Program-made: the position numbers and the translations under genes
Notes under the pieces: model-generated
What the model was told of the DNA's origin: nothing
Database searches by the model: none
The model's input: the letters and a program-made list of their open reading frames with translations, nothing else
Shown: positions 36,830 to 47,145 of the stretch, one piece after another
How positions within the stretch are numbered: the stretch's first letter is position 1
Layout of the letters: every line of letters starts with the position of its first letter
NCBI GenBank assembly: GCA_000092065.1
Contig: CP000582.1
Source: Ostreococcus lucimarinus
Taxonomy: Eukaryota
DNA length: 64,000 nucleotides
Strand: one strand, 5' to 3'

Positions 36830-37204
36830 TTACGCAACGGTGCCTGTATCCTTCCATTTGTTCCCGCAATTTATACATTGAAAGAACAAAGACATTCCCT
36901 CTGTAGTAGTCTGCGAGAAAAAGACCGCCTCTCTTGCATCACACAGTGAACACTGTACATCTTTAGAACGCGGCAGCGTTGGATCCGTTCGTACGTCGTG
37001 TATAACTGCGGTTATCTCTGACGCGGAATGGAATATCGTGCGTCTATGTACGCAATTCTCTGTCGCGGCGATCGTGTAGTCACAATTTCGACAGAAATAT
37101 ACTAGTTTCTTGTTGACACGATCCTCTTTGGGATACAGTAGATCGTTGCTGTTAGGGCAAAACCTCAGCGGTACAGCACCGCTATGTGTGTCGCTGCCAG
37201 CCAT
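36830..37204 (-). CDS. RNA polymerase II subunit RPB9 (TFIIS-like double zinc ribbon), 125 aa.
   Basis: MAGSDTHSGAVPLRFCPNSNDLLYPKEDRVNKKLVYFCRNCDY... and the C-terminal DPTLPRSKDVQCSLCDAREAVFFSQTTTEGMSLFFQCINCGNKW match both RPB9 zinc ribbons. The ORF track starts at 37432, but the RPB9-like start is the ATG at 37204. Confidence 0.7.
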   Translation of the reverse strand: MAGSDTHSGAVPLRFCPNSNDLLYPKEDRVNKKLVYFCRNCDYTIAATENCVHRRTIFHSASEITAVIHDVRTDPTLPRSKDVQCSLCDAREAVFFSQTTTEGMSLFFQCINCGNKWKDTGTVA

Positions 37205-37617
37205 TCCGTTTCTCACTGTCGACACACGCGCTATCTTCTCACGTCGCACTCGACGTTGGTGTCCCGTTCGCGTTTGTATTTTACGGGATACGTCCCTTTT
37301 GCAGGGTATGCATACAAATGCTCGTATCCGATAGGCTACAAAAATCAAGTATATTGGTATAAAATCAGTCGATGCGATGGATAAAATTCGGTCATCGAAA
37401 CCCGTTTGCTCTTCTGTCGACACGCTCTTCACGGCTTCGTGCGCCGCTCGTCGAAGCTCTTACATCGGGCGCCTGATCAACACTGGACCTTCGTCGCTCT
37501 CCCGCTTCATTTCGAAGAAATATACTGGCGAAACACTCTATTCCCTTGGTACTGTTGTGATCAGTATAGCCAAGCTCAGCACACCTTGGGCTATTTGCTT
37601 ATTCGTTTGACCACTTG

Positions 37618-38500
37618 ATGTCTAGCGCGTTGACACCATCTACTTTGCACACACGTGATGTATGGGCGCATAATTTGGATGAAGAGTGTGCACTGATTCG
37701 TGAGGTTGTATGTAACTACCCATATGTCGCGATGGATACCGAGTTTCCTGGTGTTGTGCGTATTCTGTCTTCTTACCTTTTTCCATAATTCTCACAGTCG
37801 TCTCTAGGTCGCTCGCCCAGTTGGCTCTTTCAAACACCAAGCCGAATTTCAATACCAAACTTTACGTTGCAATGTGGACTTGCTCAAGTTGATTCAACTT
37901 GGTTTGACATTTTCAGACGGTGCTGGAAATTTACCAGTCGTCGATGGGCGGTTCTGTATATGGCAATTCAACTTCAAAGAATTCAACGTTAAAGATGAGC
38001 TCTACGCGCAAGATTCTATCGAGCTATTAAAGGAAAGTGGTATCGATTTCAATTTGCTGGAGGAACGTGGAATAGACATTGTTCAGTTTGGCGAGAAACT
38101 TATGGTTAGTGGTGTGGTTTTGAACGATGATATCCGCTGGTTAACATTTCATAGTAGTTACGACTTTGGGTACTTACTCAAGCTACTGACAAACGCTCCA
38201 CTGCCTGACAAAGAGGCTGACTTTTTTACACTTCTGCAGTGTTATTTCCCGTGTATTTATGACATCAAACACTTGATGCAGTTTGTTGGTAACATGCACG
38301 GCGGACTGAATAAACTTGCCGAATATTTACATGTAGCACGTATAGGGCCTCAGCACCAGGCCGGTAGTGATAGTTTGCTCACCGCACATACGTTTTTCAA
38401 GCTTCAGAAGTCTCACTTCTCAAATGTGAACATGCATCAGTTCGCTGGATCGTTATATGGTTTAGGTCAGGAATCTCTCAGCCAGCCCATAGCTGATTGA
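37618..38500 (+). CDS. CCR4-NOT deadenylase subunit CAF1/POP2 (DEDD nuclease), 2 exons at 37618..37755 and 37808..38500 (276 aa).
   Basis: VWAHNLDEECALIREVVCNYPYVAMDTEFPGV | VARPVGSFKHQAEFQYQTLRCNVDLLKLIQLGLTF and HSSYDFGYLLKLLT match the CAF1 family. GTGCGT donor and CTCTAG acceptor, phase 0. Confidence 0.8.
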
Positions 38501-38830
38501 TTTATGAGACTCTAAAATTTTAAACACATTGTCGGCGTATTGTCTGAATGAGAAGTTACTGCCGCATTACTATTTGTGATATTGAATGTCGACCGCCAAT
38601 GGCCTAGTCTCTGTAATATGTGAACATCGAACATTTTAAATTACTCGCAGCTGGCCCATTTTCACTTTTTATTTTTCTTCCTGTTGTAGTATATATATCT
38701 CCCTGTAAATTATTAATAACATATATTGGCATCAGTTTACAATATCAAGAAACAGTGGCGGTCATTTGCTGATCAAACTCTTAGTTTTGTGTGTGTGCTG
38801 CGTCATGTTGTGTGGGCTCACTTCGCAGCG

Positions 38831-39984
38831 ATGGCGGCGAGGCACCAGTTCGAGAACAGGTATTCTTTGTACTCGGATTGATTGTTTAATGGCCTGACGC
38901 GGAGATATAAGCAATGAAATCGGGGTATTCGCAGCATTAACAAATGCGTACTGTCTTGCAGCCGTAGGTGGCTCGGAAAACTTTTACAGGTGGGCCGTTT
39001 TCCAAAACCTCGCGTGTATTTGTGTAAACTTTCCTTGTAGCGTATTTGAAGCAGAGTTAAGTAACGAAATACCCGTTATCAAGGCAAGTTTGGCCGGGAC
39101 AAGGCTCGTTGGGCGTCTTAGTGTCGGTATGTCCAAATATCGAACGTTGGACGTGGCGTGACTGTACTCCTTTTAGGGAACAAGCACGGCTTGTTGTTAC
39201 CGACTTCAGCAACAGATCAAGGTATCCTCATCTACCGATGGTTTGGCTTTTATAACCCTTGTCCCCCGTGTAGAAGTAATGCACATAAGGAATTCCCTAC
39301 CAGATGAAGTAATAGTGCAGAGGACGGAGGAACGACTGTCAGGTATTTTGTTGGCAAACTGGGCAGCCCGAGAAATTTACCTCGCATCAGCCTTAGGCAA
39401 CTGCGTGGCTTGCAATGACCACGTTGCGCTTGTCCACCCGGACATAGATCAGGAAACTGAAGAAATCATCGCAGATGTTCTCGGCGTTGAAGTATTTCGA
39501 CAGGTACATTCGATACAATGTCAACATGGAAGAAAATATTTTTACACGAGATATAGAGCGTTGCCGGTAACGTCCTCGTTGGTAGCTTTTGTAAATTTTC
39601 GAATCGGGGTGGTATGGTTCACCCGCAGGCCTCGGTTCAAGAAGTCGATGAGCTATCATCCCTCTTGCAGGTGCGACAAAAGGCCATAGATCGAAGAGCA
39701 CGCATCTTACCTTTTCAATAATTTGTAGGTTCCGCTTGTGGCCGGCACAATAAATCGCGGCAGCGATGTGATTGGTGCTGGTCTGCTTGTGAATGACTGG
39801 ATCGCTTTCTGCGGGCTCGATACAACTTCTACGGAGATACAGGTATGGTCTCTTGTATGCGCTTTTTATCTCACTTACTCATGATTTATTCCAGGTCATA
39901 GAGAGCATTTATCAGCTCCACGGTGCAGACTCAAGCGGAGCTGTACGAGACATACGAGCCTCTCTCTTGGATACCCTCGTCTAG
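38831..39984 (+). CDS. Translation initiation factor eIF6, 9 exons at 38831..38859, 38912..38989, 39041..39126, 39177..39221, 39274..39342, 39397..39503, 39557..39670, 39729..39842 and 39895..39984 (243 aa).
   Basis: [35 protein letters not shown] ... [55 protein letters not shown] ... [46 protein letters not shown]. It is near-collinear with eukaryotic eIF6 throughout. All 8 introns are 48-56 nt with GT...AG boundaries and phase-consistent. Confidence 0.9.
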
Positions 39985-40007
39985 CTCATTACACTTTCAA
40001 TTAATAT

Positions 40008-41027
40008 CTAGCTATGTCGCGTCATCTCAAATCTTGCTTGATGGAATAAGGATATCAGGTACAACGTTTGATTTTTCTCAGAGCAAGCGAAACTCAGAGA
40101 GTACTCAATATCTGAAAGTCCTCTGAGCAACCGTGCTCTCGTTCCCGCCGCCATATGCAGGGTAAGCAAAGACTCAGATAGAGGCTTGACGATGTCGACC
40201 AGCGCAAAGTTCTGAGTACATTTCAGACGATTAAAATGTTCAAAAGTCCCTTGGAGTGGTTCGTTGAGGAGAAATCGCAACAGCTCGTCCACTTGGAGCT
40301 GGCCAACATGACCTGTTATCAAATGAATTGCGTCATCTGTGACAACAGATGCCGACAGACTGACACTCTGAAGTATGTTGACGGTCTTCCGCATATCACC
40401 TTCGCCAAGTTTCTGGATTGTCGCAAGTGAGTTATCAGAAATACTGAAGTTTTCGCTATTCACGATATGCCGCAGTCGCTGCAACATATCTCCTGACGCA
40501 ATTGGAGAGAATCTAAATTTCGTGCACCTGCTTTGCAGCGCTGGGATGACTTTGGAGGCGTAATTACATATCAAACAAAAGCGCGTATGCTGAGTGTACT
40601 TTTCCATAATTCTCCGCAGCGCGAACTGTGCGTCTTTGGTCATGCTGTCACACTCGTCCATAATAACGAGTTTGAATGTCGTCGAAAAGGGTCGCATGGT
40701 CGATGCAAATGATTGGATTTCATCACGAACGACATTAATACCACGCGCATCGGAGGCGTTCAGTTCAAGAACCATATTAGAAAAGTTCAATCCATAAAGC
40801 TCTTTAGCGAGCGCCAAGATTGTGGACGTCTTTCCCGTTCCCGGGGGGCCGTGGAACAGTAAGTGCGGAAGCTGGCCGCCATCCGCAAACTTGTTGATGA
40901 CATCAACTATCGCTTTATGTGCAACCACTTCACTCAAACCCACTGGCCGATATTTTTCCGTCCACGGAAGAGCTCTATTCACGCTCGGATCGTCCACACA
41001 AACCATTTCGCCTGAAGCAGGGCGCAC
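40008..41027 (-). CDS. Replication factor C small subunit (RFC5-like clamp-loader AAA+ ATPase).
   Basis: PWTEKYRPVGLSEVVAHK, Walker A GPPGTGKTS, Walker B VIMDECDSM, sensor/arginine-finger region RFCLICNYASKVIPALQSRC. The stop is 23 bp from the eIF6 stop. Confidence 0.8.
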   Translation of the reverse strand: MRPASGEMVCVDDPSVNRALPWTEKYRPVGLSEVVAHKAIVDVINKFADGGQLPHLLFHGPPGTGKTSTILALAKELYGLNFSNMVLELNASDARGINVVRDEIQSFASTMRPFSTTFKLVIMDECDSMTKDAQFALRRIMEKYTQHTRFCLICNYASKVIPALQSRCTKFRFSPIASGDMLQRLRHIVNSENFSISDNSLATIQKLGEGDMRKTVNILQSVSLSASVVTDDAIHLITGHVGQLQVDELLRFLLNEPLQGTFEHFNRLKCTQNFALVDIVKPLSESLLTLHMAAGTRARLLRGLSDIEYSLSFACSEKNQTLYLISLFHQARFEMTRHS

Positions 41028-41508
41028 GTCGGCGTCGTTCAGATATCTCGAAAGTATGTAATCAGCCAGCCAAAATCACTTTCGTTACCTTTGTGTCTCG
41101 AGCGTCTTCGGTGTTTGCTGTTGCCAAGCAGAACGCGCACGGTATGCAGAGGCTGAGTGCACGTATTCAAAAACTTGAAACCAACGAGTCCCGCGGTCTC
41201 AGCGGGGTCTGTACGTTTAGCGGGTTTATACATATCATATCGTGTTTCTTCGCGCACGGTATGGATTTACAACTGGGGCTTTCAAGCCCCTTTCTATTAC
41301 GCGAAATTACACGATATTTCGCGAAATCATATCAACATAGGTATTCTTGTAGTATAATACGATACTCATATTATAGGAGTAGAAGGCCTAATACTTATGT
41401 GTATTATCTGACACAGTTCTAATAACTCCACGAGAAATGAGCGCGAACCTGTGTTGGCAGGGCGTTCGTCGGCGGCGGCAGTGAGACGCGATAAACGTGC
41501 TGGCGGAT
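41028..41508. promoter_or_regulatory. Bidirectional promoter region between RFC5 (-) and RPL36 (+). It contains the E2F-like palindromic element ATATTTCGCGAAAT and a second ACGCGAAA element.
   Basis: Divergent start codons at 41027 (minus) and 41509 (plus). TTTCGCGAAA at about 41321..41330 resembles the E2F consensus TTTSGCGC. An AT-rich block lies at 41330..41400. Confidence 0.4.
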
Positions 41509-42060
41509 ATGAAGGATAACATTTCGGTCGGTCTCGACAAGGGACACGCGGTGACTAAGCGCGAGCTTGCCGCGAAGCCTGGTTCGCGTAAGGGGGTGTG
41601 TATTGCTTTCTACTTTCACGGGTTTTTTCTAACTGCGTGCGTAGCGTTGTGGTAAGCGTGTTGGAATGATTCGCGGCCTCATCCGGGAAGTGGCAGGCTC
41701 AGCACCTTACGAAAAGCGTCTCGTCGAACTGCTCAAGAACGGGCGGGACAAACGTGCCCTGAAGTTGGCAAAGAGAAAGGTGCGTACCATATCATTCTTT
41801 AGGGCTTTGCGCGCGAGAAGCACCCGTCGACCCCGTTCTCGATCTGCATTCGTGGAGTGGACTTATGAATCGATAATACTCTGCAGTGCATTGTTCATGG
41901 CCGTCTATTTTCGTCGATTGCCGTGCGCGTCCGCCGACTAACGACTGAACTTTCCTGCCAACAGCTTGGGACGCACCTGCGCGCCAAGAAAAAGCGAGAG
42001 GAAATGGGAAACCTTATGCGAAAGGCTAGCCGAAAAGCGCCTGCTCCCGAGAGCAAGTAA
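41509..42060 (+). CDS. RPL36: 60S ribosomal protein eL36 (RPL36), 3 exons at 41509..41595, 41645..41779 and 41965..42060 (105 aa).
   Basis: [29 protein letters not shown] | [45 protein letters not shown] | [21 protein letters not shown]... matches eL36 end to end. GTGTGT and GTGCGT donors, AG acceptors, all phase 0. Confidence 0.75.
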
Positions 42061-42475
42061 AACGTAAATAGATTCAAGTTCGTAACTTCAATCGATTGTA
42101 GTTCGTCATTGAAGACTTCACAACTTTACAAAAGACGATCACTACCCCGACAGCAAACAAACCACGTTCACTGTCCATCACCGGCGACTCTTCGGTAAAC
42201 TCTCTCGCTACGATGAAGTAACTGGTGACACTGGTGTTCTACTAGCTCGTACGCATTCCTGAAATCACGAAAAACTAATCCTACAGCTGCCTCGTCTAAG
42301 ATCTCAGCTAGCCCCTCGAATCTCGAGCCGGCTCCACTGCGCGTCGTTCAAAGTTGCGCGACACAAACGAAGCGCTCTTTCTACGGAATCCTATACAAAG
42401 GCATCGACATTCACTCGACTTCGTACCATCATCGTACGCAACTCCTGTTTCGCGTGTTTCTGGAACCTAGTCAAG

Positions 42476-43484
42476 ATGATTCCGGGGGAAGAAACCGGTG
42501 CTTCAGTGACAGTGGCACGTTTAGAGGACGAAACTATCATTTTCGATTTGAAAGGAGTTGATGTCAGCCTAGCAAACGCACTCAGGCGGCTAATGATAGC
42601 GGATGTCCCAACTGTTTCAATTGACTTAGTCGAGGTGATAGAAAACTCCTCTGTTCTGTGTGATGAGTTCTTGGCACACCGCTTGGGTCTGATCCCCCTT
42701 GACAGCACAAAAGCTTCAGAACTCGTGAAGCCTTACGAGTACACTGGAGACGATGATACCGCAACAGATGTGCACTTGGAACTCAATGTGCGATGTCAGA
42801 GCGACCAGACAAGGGACGTCACGAGCGACGATCTGATCTCACACGACGAAAGAGTAAAACCAGTGAGCTTTGGGGGGACAGGTGGTGGTTCTGCGAAGTC
42901 AGGCGGGATTCTGATAGCAAAACTACGCAAAAACCAGCAGTTATCGTTGAAATGTATCGCAAGAAAAGGCACTGGTAAGGATCATGCCAAGTGGTCCCCA
43001 GTCGCTACGGCCGTGTTTAAGTACACTCCCTTGATTGACATCAATCACGGCCTCCTGAACTCGCTAAATGGTAAGAGCCAGACTAGAATTCTTTACCACA
43101 ACTTTAAACGTCACAATGCAGGACCGGAAAAGGCAGCGATCGTGGAGAGCGATCCATCCAAAATGTTTAAATATGACGCCGACACGGATACTTTTACTCT
43201 CACCTCTCCAGAGTCATGTACTTACGATGGTGAAGTTATGAAGAAGGTAAGATTCAACATTCGTTTCATCTATATAAATGAACTCTTGACCTTGACAGGT
43301 AAACGAGCTCGGAAAGCCTGGATTGATTGATGTGCGGCCCGGTCTGGACTGTTTTACTTTCATCGTTGAGTCAACTGGAGTATTGAAAGTTGAGGAGGTT
43401 GTTCTACAGGCAGTGCATATTTTACAAAGTAAACTGGATACTATAGGAGTAAGTTCGTGTTTTGACAAATTAGAAATTCAATAA
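42476..43484 (+). CDS. RNA polymerase I/III shared subunit RPAC1 (AC40, alpha-like), 2 exons at 42476..43246 and 43299..43484.
   Basis: DVSLANALRRLMIADVPTVSIDLVEVIENSSVLCDEFLAHRLGLIPL and TGKDHAKWSPVATAVFKY match RPAC1. GTAAGA donor after ...GEVMKK, acceptor at 43298. An alternative GTAAGT donor at 43449 leaves the C-terminus uncertain. Confidence 0.7.
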
Positions 43485-43727
43485 TTATGTGTCGTAGGGT
43501 GAACTTGAAACGATAGAAAGTGACTCATTCTAGGTTTGTAATTGTTACTGCGAACTGCCATAGGTCACACAAAAGCCACTCACAGTGAGTCGTTTACTCT
43601 CGTCAAAGCATTCAAAGTTTCAACCATGTGTCTGCTTTTCATTTCTTCCGCGTATCGACGACTTTCGTGTACGTCCATTCGAAATGGGCAGAACGAGTAA
43701 CAATATTTGAATTGCAGATAAAAGACT

Positions 43728-44113
43728 GCAGGTAATAGTGGTGAAAGTATAAAGTCAACCACGGGGCGAACCGGAAGTAGTGGTGTCAACAGTTTGATTG
43801 CTTCACTATTCAATCGTCCCAATCCCTGCACGACTGCCGTGCGTACGATTCGACGACGATAGAATCGCTGCAAGATCTCAGAAATTTCGGACCGTGAGTT
43901 GAGTTTAGACAACATTTGTGCCAACATGTAACCATCTTCGAATGCCAGACCAGTTCCTTGACCAATGTTTGGCATAGTTGCGTGACACGAGTCTCCAAGC
44001 AAGACGACATTTCCTTTCGCCCAGCTTTTCCTTATACTTGGCGTTCGATCGAGCAAGTCACGTTGGATTATACCCCCCTCGTCCGTGGCAGCTATCAGGT
44101 TCCTTACTTCAGG
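43728..44113. repeat. Segment A, a 386-bp exact tandem duplicate of 44888..45274 within the monooxygenase gene.
   Basis: Identical sequence and identical ORFs (43810..44010 equals 44969..45169). Confidence 0.8.
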
Positions 44114-44114
44114 T

Positions 44115-44883
44115 GCTGGCCGCCATCCGCAAACTTGTTGATGACATCAACTATCGCTTTATGTGCAACCACTTCACTCAAACCCACTGGCCGATATTTT
44201 TCCGTCCACGGAAGAGCTCTATTCACGCTCGGATCGTCCACACAAACCATTTCGCCTGAAGCAGGGCGCACGTCGGCGTCGTTCAGATATCTCGAAAGTA
44301 TGTAATCAGCCAGCCAAAATCACTTTCGTTACCTTTGTGTCTCGAGCGTCTTCGGTGTTTGCTGTTGCCAAGCAGAACGCGCACGGTATGCAGAGGCTGA
44401 GTGCACGTATTCAAAAACTTGAAACCAACGAGTCCCGCGGTCTCAGCGGGGTCTGTACGTTTAGCGGGTTTATACATATCATATCGTGTTTCTTCGCGCA
44501 CGGTATGGATTTACAACTGGGGCTTTCAAGCCCCTTTCTATTACGCGAAATTACACGATATTTCGCGAAATCATATCAACATAGGTATTCTTGTAGTATA
44601 ATACGATACTCATATTATAGGAGTAGAAGGCCTAATACTTATGTGTATTATCTGACACAGTTCTAATAACTCCACGAGAAATGAGCGCGAACCTGTGTTG
44701 GCAGGGCGTTCGTCGGCGGCGGCAGTGAGACGCGATAAACGTGCTGGCGGATATGAAGGATAACATTTCGGTCGGTCTCGACAAGGGACACGCGGTGACT
44801 AAGCGCGAGCTTGCCGCGAAGCCTGGTTCGCGTAAGGGGGTGTGTATTGCTTTCTACTTTCACGGGTTTTTTCTAACTGCGTG
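44115..44883. repeat. Segment B, a 769-bp exact copy of 40872..41640. That source covers the RFC5 5' end, the RFC5/RPL36 bidirectional promoter, RPL36 exon 1 and part of its intron 1. The copy is inserted between the two A copies.
   Basis: Identical ORFs 40919..41422 and 44163..44666. The junctions show 2-5-bp microhomologies (GC/GCTGG at 44113/44115, CTGC/TGCAG at 44883/44888). Confidence 0.8.
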
Positions 44884-46899
44884 CGTGCAGGTAATAGTGG
44901 TGAAAGTATAAAGTCAACCACGGGGCGAACCGGAAGTAGTGGTGTCAACAGTTTGATTGCTTCACTATTCAATCGTCCCAATCCCTGCACGACTGCCGTG
45001 CGTACGATTCGACGACGATAGAATCGCTGCAAGATCTCAGAAATTTCGGACCGTGAGTTGAGTTTAGACAACATTTGTGCCAACATGTAACCATCTTCGA
45101 ATGCCAGACCAGTTCCTTGACCAATGTTTGGCATAGTTGCGTGACACGAGTCTCCAAGCAAGACGACATTTCCTTTCGCCCAGCTTTTCCTTATACTTGG
45201 CGTTCGATCGAGCAAGTCACGTTGGATTATACCCCCCTCGTCCGTGGCAGCTATCAGGTTCCTTACTTCAGGTGCCCAATCCTTAAAAGTGTTTGTGAGC
45301 GTTTTCTTCGATGGCGTAGACGTGGGTGTGCGAGGTAGCGCCTTTACAAATGCATACCACTGCACTCGACCAAAACGATCTGGACAAACCACAAAATAGT
45401 GATCAGGTCCAATGAAGGCACTATACCCAAGATCGAAATAATCTGAAGAGTTCGAAATCGGCAGACCGCTGTAAAGTTTGAAGCCAGTGTATGAAGCTAT
45501 CGCAAAACGATCATTAACTGTACTTGAAACTTCATCGAACATTTGCGAACGCACCGTACTCCAAATACCATCTGCGCCTATTAAGATGTCGCACGACAGT
45601 GTTTCTCCATTCTCAAGAAAAACTTCTACTCCTTTGTCTGATTCGAAGTACCTTGATACTGCAGTCCCCATTCTCACTACTTCTCTATCGGTAGAGACTC
45701 GATTTAATTCTTCTAGCAAAACGGATTGAAGATCCGATCTATCGATACAAATCGAAAACGGTAGACTGTCCTCGCATGGTATTTGTGTTATGGCATCAAA
45801 TGTAAACATCCATTCGGAGGTGATGCCGTCTCGGATCCCACTCTTTGTAGACCAAAACGGCCGACTAGCTGCTCGTATATTCTTCGCGAGTTCATCACTG
45901 ATAGCATGCGCAACACCCATGCCATTGCTAGCGAGCTGAATGGGACCACCTAACGGTTTATACTCTTTTGTTCTCTCCAGCACAGTAACGTTCATTCCCT
46001 GCTGAACGAGACATATCGCAGCAAATAGCCCCCCAAGACCTCCTCCGGCTATGATGATGTCGACATTTGCCTTCATGTCGGTGCAAGCGCGGACGCCCGC
46101 ACGCGGGCTTTTAAAATCGCGCGGCCATCCTTTTCCGGACGACCTTTGATAACACTGGCGGCTATTTTGGTCGAGCTTCACGTGCCTCGCCACACGTGTT
46201 TTCAGCATCATGAGGCAGCAAATACTGACCAGTGCGAGATGCGAGTCCTAAAGGGGTCAGTCTACGCACAACGAAGAACTGATGTCCCTCAGTACCCACG
46301 GCGCACGCTGCCGCGTGACTTCTCGACGGTCAACCGGTGTAATATTCCCACATGCGATATCACCCATGTGAGATATTGTCCGTCGCGGTTTATGGTCGCA
46401 TTTTATACTTCAGTCCATCAGTTGATGCGGTCAATTTGTATCATAACATGGAAAAATAGAGTGAAAAATCGTGTTGGAAATGTCACAGCGGATAACGATC
46501 CACTGAGGCAGGCGATACTCGTCACAGCGAGCGCGCTTCACCTCAGACGGCCCCACGCAGACGCAAACCTATCGTACAAAATGCTTACCACGTGTTCCTT
46601 CACACGCTTCAGTGTACCGGTAGCTAGAGAGCTCTGCACTTCGCGGCGCTCCCAGCGCACCGGTTCCCGCGTTGCGCGTGCGAAACCCTCCGCCGCGTCC
46701 AACTTCGAACTAAATAACGCTATGAAAGCTACCGCAACTCTAGGTGCGTATACAGTAATTGTGGGATTTTTTTGACGTTCTTACGCCTATCCACGTGCAT
46801 TCGCACTGTGGCGACTCGGAAATCTGCGTGCCTAGTGGCTGACCGCGTTTTAATCCGATCCGAACAGTTGCGACCCTCCCGTCGCAAGCGGCGATTGCC

Positions 46900-47145
46900 A
46901 TGCCGAGCTATGACCAAGACATCATCGAGGTAGTGTTAGTTTCGATATCAATTTGGGGTTTTCTAACATTTAGCTCTAGATGACGCAGCTTGCGGGAGTT
47001 CCCACTCCGCTTTTGTATTTTGGTTTTTTGACCACTTCCCTGGTATTTGCTGCTGGCACGGTAAGGACTTGCCTCGAATCACTCCAAACCATTGACTAAT
47101 TTGAGATTACAGTACATCGCTCTCAGTAAGATCAAGTTGATTTGA
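46900..47145 (+). CDS. Possible small single-pass membrane protein gene, about 3 exons.
   Basis: MPSYDQDIIE | MTQLAGVPTPLLYFGFLTTSLVFAAGT | YIALSKIKLI with GTAGTG and GTAAGG donors. Identity unknown. Confidence 0.2.

Larger units (their letters stand above)
43580..46211 (-). pseudogene. FAD-dependent monooxygenase (zeaxanthin-epoxidase-like flavoprotein hydroxylase family), interrupted by a 1155-bp duplication/insertion. Listed as a possibly disrupted gene.
   Basis: N-terminal Rossmann DIIIAGGGLGGLFAAICLVQQGMNVTVLERT...PLGGPIQLASNGMGV, then the GD...H...P..GQG motif NVVLLGDSCHATMPNIGQGTGLAFEDGYML. The true C-terminus (ORF 43580..44056) is separated from the N-terminal 44888..46211 part by the duplicated block 43728..44887. 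The ORF track's 470-aa reading runs through into unrelated sequence. Confidence 0.55.

Noticed and set aside
39393-39701. 102-aa minus-strand ORF across eIF6 exons 6-7.
   Set aside because: Antisense to the eIF6 model, which is collinear with homologs over 9 exons. It is a spurious read-through of intron and exon.
40919-41422. Identical 167-aa plus-strand ORFs at 40919..41422 and 44163..44666 (also 40822..41061 / 43916..44305).
   Set aside because: They span the RFC5 5' end plus promoter and its duplicate. Their identity is a consequence of the 769-bp duplication, not evidence of a gene. They are antisense to or upstream of RFC5, and the second reading runs partly across RPL36 exon 1 in another frame.
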